Positions 24,881 to 37,000 of a stretch of 64,000 bases of DNA are shown here, piece by piece; positions within the stretch are counted from its first letter, which is position 1; each line of letters starts with the position of its first letter. The DNA lies in the NCBI RefSeq assembly GCF_036365525.1, contig NC_090403.1, positions 34,481,461 through 34,545,460 of the forward strand. Reading direction: 5' to 3'. The notes under the pieces are model-generated. The model did not search any database, was not told the origin of the DNA, and saw only the letters and a list, made by a program, of their open reading frames with translations. The position numbers and the translations under genes were made by a program. The stretch comes from Heterodontus francisci (lineage: Eukaryota).

Positions 24881-26397
24881 TAAAATAAAAGCAAAATACT
24901 GCGGATGCTGGAAATCTGAAACAAAAACAAGAAATGCTGGAATCACTCAGCAGGTCTGGCAGCATCTGTGGAAAGAGAAGCAGAGTTAACGTTTCGGGTC
25001 AGCGACCCTTCTTCGGAACTGACAAATATTAGAAAAGTCACAGATTATAAACAAGTGAGGTGGGGGTTGGGCAAGAGATAACAAAGGAGAAGGTGCAGAT
25101 TGGACCAGGCCACATAGCTGACCAAAAGGTCACGGAGCAAAGGCAAACAATATGTTAATGGTGTGTTGAAAGAGAAAGCATTAGTACAGATTAGGTGTGA
25201 ATATACTGAATATTGAACAGCAGCAAGTGCAAACCTGAAGAAAAACAACCTGAAAAAAACAGTGGGTAAGCAAACTGAACAAACTAAGATGAAATGAAAT
25301 AAATGCAAAAAAAGGTTGTAAAAAATGTAAAAAGGAATGTAAAAAAAAAGGAAGAAAAAATAACTAAAAATGACTAAATTTGAAAGCAAAGTGGGGGGCT
25401 GTCATGCTCTGAAATTATTGAACTCAATGTTCAGTCCGGCAGGCTGTAGTGTGCCTAATCGGTAGATGAGATGCTGTTCCTCGAGCTTGCGTTGATGTTC
25501 ACTGGAACACTGCAGTAATCCCAGGACAGAGATGTGAGTATGAGAGCAGGGGGGAGTGTTGAAATGGCAAGCAACCGGAAGCTCAGGGTCCTGCTTGCGG
25601 ACTGAGCGGAGATGTTCCGCAAAGCGGTCACCCAGTCTGTGCTTGGTCTCCCCAATGTAGAGGAGACCACACTGTGAGCAGCGAATACAGTATACTACAT
25701 TGAAAGAAGTACAAGTAAATCGCTGCTTCACCTGAAAGGAGTGTTTGGGGCCTGGGATAGTGAGGAGAGAGGAGGTAAATGGGCAGGTATTACACCTCCT
25801 GCGATTGCAAGGGAAGGTGCCCTGGGACGGGGACGAGGTGGTGGGTGTAATGGAGGAGTGGACCAGGGTGTCGCGGAGGGAACGATCCCTTCGGAATGCT
25901 GACAGGGGAAGGGAGGGGAAGATGCGACTGGTAGTGGCATCACGCTGGAGGTGGCGAAAATGGCGGAGGATGATCCTTTGGATTTGGAGGCTGGTGGGAT
26001 GAAAAGTGAGGACAAGGGGAACCCTGTCACGGTTCTGGGAGGGAGGGGAAGGGGTGAGGGTAGAGGTGCGGGGAATGGGTCGGACACGGTTGAGGGCCCT
26101 GTCAACCACAGTGGGGGGAAATCCTCGGTTGAGGAAAAAGGTCATATCAGAAGCACCGTCATGGAAGGTAGCATCATCAGAGCAGATGCGTCGGAGACGG
26201 AGAAACTGGGAGAATGGAATGGAGTCCTTACAGGAGGTAGGGTGTGAAGAAGTGTAGTCGAGGTAGCTGTGGGAGTCAGTGGGCTTATAATGGATATTGG
26301 TAGACAACCTATCCCCAGAGATGGAGACAGAGAAGTCGAGGAAGGGAAGGGAAGTGTCAGAGATGGACCATGTAAAGGTGAGAGAAGGGTGGAAATT
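24881..26397 (-). mobile_element. Penelope-like element, 5'-truncated, with an uninterrupted 301-aa RT-thumb + GIY-YIG ORF (25402..26307)
   Basis: YKPTDSHSYLDYTSSHP, QFLRLRRICS, VVYCIRCSQCGLLYIGETKHRLGDRFAEH, GTLQPAGLN; 14-bp duplication ggagctaaaaacac at 24867-24880 and 26398-26411. Confidence 0.93.
24984..25020 (-). ncRNA. Minimal hammerhead motif (core variant CCGA)
   Basis: Minus strand reads agtt-CCGAAGA-a-gggtc gct gaccc-GAAA-C-GTT-aact: perfect stems I and II, U-to-C change in the core. Confidence 0.65.
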
Positions 26398-26599
26398 GGA
26401 GCTAAAAACACGGTGTGTTTAATATTAAACCCTGTTACGATAAAACCAGGTGAAGGCTGAAAGGGACCCCTAGACCTCTTTCTCACCTGGTCTTAACACT
26501 GCAAATGCCAGTGTTCACAGGGGCTTATAGGATGTCATACCAATCCAGCAATCTGTCCTCCAACCTATTACTAGGATTGTTGAGATGCCGCCCAGTGAA

Positions 26600-27320
26600 T
26601 TATGGATTAATTATTTAAATATTTGTCAGTGTCTTCTTACCATCATATCTTTTAATCGCGTCTCCACTCTACCTTAGCCAACTCGCCACTATACCTATGT
26701 TGTTTGCTTTGTTCAGATTTAAGACCCTAGTTTCAGAATTAATGAAATCACTCTCAAACTTCATATAAAATTCATTCATATTATGATCACTCTTCACCAG
26801 AACCTCCTTTATTACAAGGTTATTAATTAGCCCTGCCTCATTACACAAAACTAGATCTAAAATAGCCTGTTCCCTAGATGGTTCCTTAACATTCTGATCT
26901 AGAAAACTATCTTGAATGCATTCCATAAACTCGTCCCCCACATGTGCTACTTTGTCCTGGATGGTGCTGAGCCTCTTGAGCCACACTCTTCCAGGCAAGT
27001 TAAGAGTATTCCATCACACTCCTGATTTGTGCCTTTTAGATGCTGGAGAGGCTTTGGGGTGTCAGGAGGGGAGTTACTCATTGCAGAATACCCAGCCTCT
27101 GGCCTGCTCTTGTAGCTACAGGATTTGTGCTCCTGTTAAGTTTCTGGCCAATGGTGACCCCCAGCATGTTGATGGTTGGGGATTCAGCGATGGCAAAGCA
27201 ACTGCATGTCAAGAGGAGGAGGTTAGACACGGTCTTGTTGGAGATGGTCATTGTCTGGCGCTTTTATGGCACAAATGTTACTTGCCACTTATCACCCCAA
27301 GCTTGAATGTTGTCCAGTGA
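26600..27320 (-). mobile_element. LINE fragments (CR1 endonuclease region 26600-26940 plus another LINE RT C-terminal fragment)
   Basis: ORF 26669..26998 contains FMECIQDSFLDQNVKEPSREQAILDLVLCNE...SDHN. Confidence 0.7.
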
Positions 27321-28595
27321 GGATGCTGCTTTGCCTCCTCCAAATGGTATGGTAAAGCTATGCAGAATGCAATTCACCCCTATGATGTGGGAGACTTTTT
27401 GTGCAGTATACTGTAAGAAGCCCTCAAACTTGCCCAGACACCTGAATCTCTGGTTGAGATCTGGTTAAATAATCCTATGGTGTGCTCAATTATAATCCCA
27501 GTGCTCCTATGACTTTGATTATGCCTGTGTTGCTCATGCATGGCTGGGCAAAGGGGTGTTATGAAGCACACTTTCTACAGTATGCCCCACAATGAGTCTC
27601 CCATATCATAGGGTGAACTGCATTCTTCACAGTCTTACCATACAGAGAGGCCTGCATTTGGAGGGAGCACAGCAGCATCCTCATTGGATGAAGACCAAGG
27701 TGAAGGTGAGGAAGTAGAAAAAGGAGGGCCATCTCATCACCTTGCAGTAAAAAATGCGAGGTATCAGCTAATTGCACAGAGATTCCTGTGGCCTGCTCAT
27801 TACCATTCCCTGAATAATTACACAAAGCCCCTCTGCATTAATTGTCCTTGATACATCCTTTACCACTCACGTCATCCTGCTCAAATGTATTTCACTCAAG
27901 CAGCCATTCTTCATGTGTGAACCTTAACATTGAGCCTTGATAACCTATTGACAGTAGAGGGCCTCACAGACTATGCTCACCAGATGATCATGAAATGTAC
28001 TTTTCCAGAAGTGCAAGTTCCACCCGAGCCCAAAGATAAGTGAACTGTCATTGCCGCAATTGAGATTACTTAACTACAGAACATAAATTGAATTGAAAAT
28101 TTTCCTTACCTTCACTATCACATCACGCAGTTCATTTACCCCTTGAGCTATCAGGTTAGCACACGACAGTTTTCAATGGAGAGCAGATGATAGGCACTAC
28201 TACAGACAACAACAGGCACTGCCCACAAAAACTGTGACATTGTACGTATCCTAATATTCAGGTAAAACTAAATAACAACTGATTAGGAATCTAGTAATTT
28301 TCAAGAAAATAAAAGATTAAATGTGCAGTTCACAAGAATTATTGGGCTGCCCTCTGCTGGCAAACTTGGCAAGTCTACAGCACTGCTGCAAGCTGGATAA
28401 TGTATGCTGAAATTCCCTCCTAAACCTCTCCGACTCTTGATCTCTCTTTCTTTCTTTAAAGAAGAAAGAACTTGCATTTATAGAACATATTACATAAAGT
28501 CAGGATTTCTCAAAGTGCTTTCCAGCCAATGATTTACATTTTTGCTCTGACAATGCAGCGACGCATTGTGTCAGCCTTGGCTCAGTGGTAGCACA

Positions 28596-28849
28596 TGTTG
28601 TATGATTGTTTTAAGAGTGATGTGCCTTTAAGAAATCAGTATGCTAATGAGCTAAGTACCAGGATGTAGTCATGTGACTAGAAGCCAGAGTCACTCTGCA
28701 CAGCAACACCCTGGACAAAGGTTGTAGTATATAGTTTGTTCTGTATTGTATGTATTAGTTTAGCAGTTAAACCTTCTAGAGATCTTCAAGGAACTGGAAT
28801 CCATGTAACTCATTGTGTTGCTTAAGATAACACAAAGAAACAGATGACA
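28596..28849. mobile_element. Short solo LTR
   Basis: TG...CA termini (tgttgt...atgaca), flanked by gcaca / gtaca. Confidence 0.5.
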
Positions 28850-28877
28850 GTACATAACTTAGGCTGGCACGTCAGTG

Positions 28878-30480
28878 TAGTGAGAAACTTAAAGTAATTA
28901 ACATCGGCAGAGAGAAAGTATTAAAGAAATTTAAGGGACTAAAAACTGACAAATCCCCAGGGCCTGATGGCCAAAATCCTAGGGTTCTAAAAAAGGTATC
29001 TGCAGAGATAATGGATGCACTGGTTATGATTTTCCAAAAGTCCATAGACTCTAGAATGGTCCAAGCTGATTGGAAATTAGCAAATGTAACACCACTATTC
29101 AAGAAAGGAAGGCGAGAGAAAACAGGGAACTATAGACCAGTTAGCCTGACATCAGTCACAGGAAAATGCTGGAATCTATTCTTAAGGAAATCTTAACAAT
29201 GCATTTCGAAAATCATAACATGATCAAAGTTTTACGAAAGAGAAATCATGTTTCACAAATTTACCAGAGTTTTTTGAGGATGCAACTAGTTGGGTAGATA
29301 AAGACGAAAAGGCATTCGATAAGGTGCCACATAAAAGGTGAATATGCAGGTTAAGGGCTTATGAAGTTGGGGGTAATATACCAGCAAGGATAGAAGATTG
29401 GTTAACATACAAGAAGCAGAGAGTAGGGATAAATGGACATTTTCAAGTTGGCAGACTGTAACTGGTGGAGTGCCACAAGGATCAGCACTGGGGCCTTAGC
29501 TGTTTATAATCTATATTAATGACTTAGACGAAGAGACTGAGAGTAATATATCAAAGTTTTTGCTGATAATACAAAGCTAGGTTGGAGTGTAAGCTGTGAG
29601 GAGGACACAAAAAGGCTGCAAAGTGATACAGGTAGATTAATGAGTGGCCAACAAGGTGGCAGATAGAGTATAATATGGGGATGAATGAGGTTATTCACTT
29701 TGGTAGTAAGAATAGAAAAGCAGAATAGTTTTTAAAAGGTGTGAAACCTCTAAATGTTGATGTTCAGAGAGACTTAGGTGTATACGTACATGGAACACAG
29801 AAAGTTAGCATACAGGTACAGCAAGCAATTAGGAAGGCAACTGGCATGTTGGCCTTTATTGCAAGAGGATTGTAGTACAAGAATGAGGAAGTCTTGCTAC
29901 AATTGATGGGGCTTTGGTGAGACCACACTGAGAGTACTGTGTACAATTTCGATCTATATATTAAGCAAGAATATACCTGCATTGGAGGCAGAACAGCGAA
30001 GGTTTATTAGATTGGTCCCTGGATTGAGAGAATTGTCCTATGATGAGAGGTTTAATAAATTGGGCCTTTACTCTCTGGGGTTTAGAAGAATGAGAGGTGA
30101 TCGCATTGAAACATAAAAGATTCTGAAGGGGCTTGACAGGATAGACACTGAGAGATTGTTTCCCTGGGCTGAGGAATATAGAACTTGGGGGCACAGTCCC
30201 AGGATAAGGGATTGATCATTTAGGACTGAGATGAGAAATTTCTTCACTCAGAAGGTTGTGAATCTTTGGAATTCTCTACCCCAGAGGGTTGTGATGCTCC
30301 ACCGTTGATTATATTCAAGAGTATGACAGACAGATTTTTCTGTCTCCCAGGGAATCAAGGGATATGGGCAGCAGGCAGGAGTTTAGAGTTGAGGTAGAAG
30401 ATTAACCATGATCATAATGAATGGCAGAGCAGGCTCAAGGAGCCATATGATCTACTCCTCTCCTATTTCTGATCTTATGT
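28878..30480 (+). mobile_element. CR1 LINE (degenerate ORF2 RT to 3' tail)
   Basis: KSPGPDG, DWKLANVTPLFKKGRREKTGNYRPVSLTS, GVPQGS, and a tcttatgt tail. Confidence 0.92.
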
Positions 30481-30645
30481 TTAAGATGATCCTTAAAACC
30501 TACTTCTTTGACCAAGCCTTTGGTCATCTGCCCTAATATCAGCTTGTGTGGCTTGTGTCTAATTTTGCTTTATAACACTCCTGAGAAGCACCTTAGAATG
30601 TTTTATTATGTTAAAGGCTATATAAATGTACATTATTGTTGTTAC
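30481..30645 (+). mobile_element. L2 LINE 3' end (continuation of the fragment at ~28410-28460)
   Basis: ccttaaaacctacttctttgaccaagcctttggtca...aaaggctatataaatg, the same tail as 4940-5140. Confidence 0.7.
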
Positions 30646-31144
30646 CATAATACTACACACTATACATTTAATAGGAACTCTTGCATTGCATTGTCTGTCT
30701 GCAAACTAGGTGAGTCTACCATCCTTAAGATTGTTCATTTTCAGTTCTTATGCTTCTCTTGATCCATTTTAAAATCATTCCTATAGCCTCATCAAACGAT
30801 ACACCACAGAAGGAGGCCATTCAGCCCACTGTGCCTGTGCTGGCTCTTTGAAAGAGCTATCTAATTAGTCCAATTCCCCTGCCTTTTCCCCAAAGCCCTG
30901 CAAGTCTCTCTGATTTGATAACCCATGCATTTTCACAATTGCCTCTTCTGTGAATCTCATACAATTAGATTTTGTTTTTTCAGCTGCACACAGAAATAGT
31001 GTCCACTGTGGTCTATAGAATTTTCTCTCCATTCCTCTCTAGTACACCACTTGAAGACAAGATATAGAAGAATATATATATATAATCCAAGTGGGGAACC
31101 TGCTTGTATCTGCCGGCTAAGTAAGTTAGAAATGATTGAGGTTT

Positions 31145-31378
31145 AACACAGCGACTTGTTAGCATCTAGAATGGACTACCTGAGAGTGTGGTGGAGGCAG
31201 ATTCAACTGGGGCTTTCAAATGGGAATTTGATAAGCACCTGAAGAGAAAAAAAATTGCAAGGCTATAGGGAAAAGACAGGGAAGTGGGACTTGCTGGGTT
31301 GCTGTTGCAGAGAGCTGGCACGGACACGATGGGTTGAATGGCTTCCTTCTGTGCTGTAACCATTCTATGATTCTATAT
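31145..31378 (+). mobile_element. CR1 3' end
   Basis: gaatggcttccttctgtgctgtaaccattctatgattcta tail. Confidence 0.8.
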
Positions 31379-31669
31379 TTTGCATTTCCTTGCTGCCTGT
31401 CTGATGGCTTCGTGCCAGGTTCTTTGTTCACGCCACTGAAATTCAGTCAGCATGGGCTTTCATTCCCCTGCCTTCTCTTTGGCTTTCCTAACCTCGCTAC
31501 ATCCCATCTGTATTTCTCCCTCAGCTGCCTCGGGCAACTTTTAGCATTAAAGAAAAAAAAAAGAAAGAACTTGCAGTTATATAACATATTTCATAGCCTC
31601 AGGATTTCTCAAAGTGCTTTACAGCCAATGATTTACATTTTTGCTCTGACAGTGCAACAAAGCGCATCG

Positions 31670-31990
31670 TGTCAGCCTTGGCCCAGTGGTAGCATTCTTT
31701 ACTCTCTAAAGATTGTGGGCTCAAGACCCACTCCAGAGTCTTGTGTACATAATCAAGGCTCGCACTTCTGTATAATACTGAGGGAATGCAGCACTGTTGA
31801 AGGTGCTGTCTTTTGGATGAGATGCCAAACCAAAGCCTCGTCTGCTGACTCAGGTGAACATAAAAGATCCTAGAGCACTATCTGAAGAACAACAGGTGAG
31901 TTCTCCTTATGTCCTGGCTAATATTTATCCCTCAGCCAACATCACTAAAAACTTCTGATCTGTGTTTTTGTTTCATTGCTGTTTATGGTA
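31670..31990 (+). mobile_element. tRNA-derived SINE (DeuSINE/SacSINE-like), degenerate
   Basis: ggcccagtggtagca head, tactgagggaatgcagcactgt...ggtgctgtcttttggatgag body, Deu-like cctggctaatatttatccctca. Confidence 0.6.
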
Positions 31991-32004
31991 GAAATTAAAA
32001 GTTA

Positions 32005-32240
32005 TAAAATCATAGAATCATACAGCACAGAAGGAAGCCATTCAGTCTGTGCAGACTCTGAAACAGCTGTCAAATGAGTTCAACCCTCTGCTCTTACCCC
32101 ATGGTCCTGCAAACTTTTCCTTTTCAAGTATATATCCAGTTCCCTATTGAAAATTACCACTGAATCTGCTCCCACCACCTTTTCAGGTAGTGCATTCCAG
32201 ATCATAACAACATATTGCATAAGGAAAATTCTCATCGTCC
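32005..32240 (-). mobile_element. CR1 3' end
   Basis: aatcatagaatcatacagcacagaaggaagccattc tail on the reverse strand. Confidence 0.75.
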
Positions 32241-32622
32241 TCTTTATTTATTAATAGCTAGTTGAAAAGTGCACAGAATTTGATTTAATGGCACAAAAGA
32301 TGAGAGATTTTAGCAACTTGTAAAGGAGCAATCAATTTTGGATTATATTAGTTTAATCTGATTAGCAGTGATTTTATAATCTGGGAATTTAATTAAATAT
32401 CATTATAATCTAAAGTCAGAAGTCTCAGTCATGAGGAAAGATAGGAGAAACTTGGGCTCTTCAGGCTGGAAAGGGGGTGCCCGAGGAGTGATATTATGGA
32501 GGTATATTAAATAGTTAAGGGAATGGAAAAGGTAAATCTGAAATATTGCCTTAAATTAAACTACAAGAGTAGGTCCAAGACACAGGTTATAACTAATAAA
32601 ATTGTAAATTTAGAATTCATAT

Positions 32623-33694
32623 TGTTACAAGGGTTTTATTTTTTGTACTAAGAAGTTAGAATTCTGTGTGTTTTAAAAAACTGAGAAAAGGATTTTTGTT
32701 CAGTGGATTGACACCTGCAAATAACTGGAACTTTTGCATGTTGACTCTGTACAAAAGAACTGGAAAGCAGCAATTTCAAGGAAACAGCAAGGGGTTTTGA
32801 CCTCCTCAGAGCAACACTTTGAATGACGGGGAGACTCTGCCTGCTCATGTGATCAGCTCAGGAAGGTTTTGCTTTCACTTTAGACTTTTAAAAACCAGTG
32901 AGTTGGACAAAGAGCAGGCATTTTGATATTTGGTTGTGACCTGCCTGGAGAGAGAGAAAGACCCTCTCTGTAGAGGAAGACTGCATCTCTAGAGAAGAGA
33001 CCCCTGTATGCCAAAGGTAGCAGATTCCTATTGGCTCCTGTCTCTGAAGAATCCCTGCATTATGAGTGGTTCCTGTTGCCTCCTGTGTTTTGGGAGATCC
33101 TGAAATCTGAAGAAAGCTTCTACTGCTATACTGCTGTTGTGAGACCTAAGCAGACCTGTTGCTACACCCCTGCTGAAAGACCTATGTGAAGCCTGCTGCA
33201 GAGGAATTGCCTTGAATGCCTACCCATCACAGACTCTTCATCAACCTCGCCTGGAGAGACTTCGAGTGACATCCGACTATTCGACTCTGGGACACCTCAC
33301 TGAACTGAAAATATCCTGCCAGAACGTGACAAACGTAATTATTTTATTTTCCCTTTTTAATTCCTAAAAAACAGCTGTAAACCAAATAATCCTTTTTCCC
33401 CGGTTAACCTGTTTTTAGATGTATGTGTGTGTGCACGAGGGCTAGGAAGAATAAGGAATTTTAAAATCTTGTCATATATAGACATATCTCATTATTGTTT
33501 AAGACTTAGTTTATTCATAGATGGTTAATTTTGTTGTTGATTAAAGAAACCTGGTTGGTGTGCTTTATTCTGGGGGACAAATAGAGTATGTAATTGGCTG
33601 TTTTTCGGTTGGTGGGTAAATTTATCGATATGCTGTGACCCGTGGAGAAGTGGGACTGAATTAACAGTGCACTCCTCCCACCTCGGTCGTAACA
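32623..33694 (+). mobile_element. Solo LTR (Gypsy-type)
   Basis: TGTTAC...GTAACA termini and perfect 4-bp target duplication ATAT. Confidence 0.85.
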
Positions 33695-34029
33695 ATATCT
33701 TGATTCCCCATCCATAATTATGTGAGCTTGTGAATTCAAACGAAAGCATCTTAACCCCCGATTCAGCTCTATAATTCTCCCCAAAATTCTGACTCTGGCC
33801 TCTTGTACACACCCCCTCCCTTTGGTCCCATCATTGGCGGCCATGTCTTTAACACTTGCACCCAACACTCTGGAATTCCCTCCCTAAATTCTCCACCTTT
33901 TAGACCTTCCTTAAAACCCATCTTTTCATTTAAGCTTTTGGTCACCCTCTCCTAATATCTCCTTCTTTGACTCACAATGCATTTCTCTCTTACACCGATG
34001 TGAAACTGCCTCAAGACATGTTGAATGGT

Positions 34030-37000
34030 ATTTTATGCATATCGCGGCATTTCTAGTGGCAGAACCGGAAGTTGTTGACACTACTGCTTCTGCCTTTTTT
34101 GCCGGTTCCCACGCGATTACCATTTAAAATTTAAATTCCGGCAGTGGGCATGGAAAACCTGTGCAATTATGCAGTAGGGATGGCTTTCCATTGGTAGATC
34201 CTGCCCTCACAGCTATAAATCATTCTGCATTGCAATCATGGAGGATCACCAGCCTGGTCTCTCTTTAATTTTATGCATTCATTTATTTGTAATATTGCTT
34301 TATTCATTCTATTTTTTACCCTCCCTCATCTGTTAGTCATTGTCTCCCACCCCAGCACCAACTCCCATTTATATTTTAATCATCTCTCCATCACCACCCC
34401 CACCAGCAGAATTATGGCAGCCAGCTGGCAACGTCCTGCCCCACGGTTCAGTGATGCCTTCCTGAAGTTTCTCCTCCAGGCTGTCAGGAAAAGGCATGAG
34501 GTCCTCATCCCTACAGATGGACGCAGAAGACCCTCCCACCTGACCAAGGCGGCCTGGACAGAGATGGCGAAGGAGGTGTTGAACTGTGGGGTCAGTTGTA
34601 GAACCTGGGTTCAGTATCGGAAACAAGTGAATGACTTGGTCAGATCGGCGAGGGTAAGTGATGTGTCTGAAGCTGGACAAATGTCTATCTCGTGGGCTCC
34701 GTAAAACTTTATGTCTGTCAGTGGCCAGCCATGCCATACATTCGAATGCATGTTCAGCCTTGGTGCTAAATAGCAATTGATCCTGGAGAATGCGTAAGTC
34801 TGACGGCTGGTTGCACTTGGATGTAGCGTGAGTGGCCAGAATGAGTGATGTCGATGCATGTAGACAATGGATGTTAGGCATCAGTTGACATGTTATTAAA
34901 TCAGTACTTCCTTGTGCAGGACAAGAACACCCATAACCAAAGGGAAAGGAACAAAATAGGGGGTGGTGTCCCGGATCTCCGAATCCTGACCCCAGCAGAG
35001 AAGGAGGCTGTATAGATAACTGGAGGGGGGGGAGGAAGAGCCATAGCAGTTGGCGAGGCATAAGGATGAACCGTCGACCTTACTGTTGCAGCCAAATGGG
35101 CACACAGGAACACAGGAAGATCGTGTGGAAATGTGACGGCCTCATGCTGTGATGATGCTTAATGTGCTTCTGGTTGTTTTCCACTGCAGGTGCCACACTC
35201 ACATGATGGGATGCCATGAAGCCGATGACGCCACGTTTGGGGAAGATGATGCCAATGCACCAGAGGGTGCACCATCACCTGCCTTCTCCGTCAGCACAGA
35301 TACATCCACACGGTCCGCGGCAGGCTTTGAGATTAGAAGCAGGGTCACAATCTGATGGCCACAACACAGACACGTCCCAGCAGCTGAGGGAGCATGTTAC
35401 AGCTGGGCCCCCTGACAATGGGAGGACTGCTGGGGACCAGGCCCCTGCTCAGCCCCACGCCGTCGATGATCCTCTGTTTGAAGCGAGAAGAATTCTGATG
35501 GAATTGCAGTGATCATGGGGAAAATATGTTGGAGATGCCTTAGGTCATGTGTAGCTTTGCGAGTGCCATGGAGGAGTTCATGCAAGCCATGACATCTGGC
35601 ATGTCCCTGGCATATGTGTGTGGCTTCCTCAATGGAGCAGTTGGCGATCTCCATGGAGAGACAGGTCAAGCACTTGACCCACATGCGCACTGACCTGCAT
35701 TCCATCACTGCAGCCATGGGCTCCACGCAGCAGTGGCTACGCGAGAGGGGGATGAGAAACCTGGACCTCCCTCTGGATGCCCCTTCCCTTCGTCAAGACA
35801 CACAGGTGCCATCATGCACCCAAATGGAGGAGGGGCACATGTCAGCTGCCCCAAGGCCTTCCACTCAGACACCCCCAGGGAAGGTGGCGTCTTATCTTCC
35901 CCCCGACACTGACCCCTTACTCCAGCAGCTGAGCCCACGGGTGATGCTCAAGCACCAGTGCTGGAGACTCCCAGTAGGATGGAGTCTTTGAGGCCCCATA
36001 CCTCCAGAGGATGCCCGCTATGGTCATCCAGGACAAGGGGGCAGTGAAATGAGGAGGCTGCCTCCCCTCAGCTGCTAATGTCGGGGTAGCACCAAGAAAA
36101 CGTAAATGCAAGGAATTACGAGCACAAAGCTGGTACAGGTATTTAAGTTAGTTTTTTTGCAAGTGTTAATATTTCTCAATACATTTATTTACTTTAATTT
36201 TTGATACACTCTTGGTTATTATTTAAACTTGCCTAGGTGAAAAAGATAATGATTATGGATGCTTTCTTGCTGGCGTGCTTTGACGCTTACAAAGGATTAG
36301 CAGACATGGCCATTGTGGTTTTAATGTTGATGTTTGAGCCTTTAGTCTTCACTGACAGCTAATTGTAGCTTGAAGTATTCTAACAGTTTTCCGTAGCGAC
36401 ATGTCTTCATATGTAGGTTAAGTCGGCCCTCCCTTCTATGCCTTGCATAGAATTCATTTTGGTTCCATCACAACCCGGATCCATTAGAATGTATAGGTCT
36501 GTTCAAAGTGATGTTATGGTGTGGCTGTTTCTGATCAAAGGGTTATACCTGGATGCAAGACACTTGTTGCAGTGAGCCACAGGTTGTTTCAAATGCTGTT
36601 TCCAACAGGCAGTGTGTTCAGCACAGCTCCACTGCAGGTGCAATTGTTGATGGTACAGGATGCCTGCATTTAGATTGCAGCAATGTTTGAGCTTACAGAA
36701 GTATGTGAACATACCAGGAAGGTAAAGTAGTTTTTGCGTTGGAGCTGTAAACATTTACGCGTCTCAGTCTTGGTTAAAATGTCCAAAGATAGGGTTGCCT
36801 CTGATGTCCTGTGCATGTCTCTCCACAGGCCTAGCATCCATTAAATGTTCATTCACATTAATGGCCTCCTCCTCAGGCTCTTTAAATTCTTCCTCATCTG
36901 AGGAGGACTGGTGCTCCTCCCATTCCTCCTCCTGCGAAAGATGTCTGCATTGCATTGCCAGGTTGTGCAGTGCACAGCAGACTATGACTATTCGTGACAC

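Larger units (their letters stand above)
17501..26498 (+). mobile_element. Gmr1-like Ty3/Gypsy LTR retrotransposon (SCAN-gag, protease, integrase Zn-finger; no recognisable RT), interrupted by two Penelope elements
   Basis: 5' LTR 17501-18397 and 3' LTR 24068-26498 (TG...CA, highly similar); flanks ctac/ctgc; LRELILLEEFK (SCAN-like), CFHCSKAGNLRADC, ILRDTGA, AH...HAG...CRSCHMCQ. Confidence 0.88.
24068..26498 (+). repeat. 3' LTR (interrupted by Penelope at 24881-26397)
   Basis: tgtcacgctagg...ctggtcttaaca; matches the 5' LTR on both sides of the insertion. Confidence 0.9.
12200..27800 (+). mobile_element. Degenerate PIF/Harbinger transposon (Myb/SANT gene on +, transposase remnants near 27320-27790), host of nested insertions; outer ends approximate
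   Basis: Myb-like MAQHGREWAPRFSD...RRHWDQIAM (from 12534) resumes after the CR1 as NARNPAPRTWLQCCKKF (~13527); exon-2-like DKVTHN...LIPIEETVL at 16561; HARBI1-like HNQSHRSTGIIIEHTIGL at 27380-27571. Confidence 0.65.
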
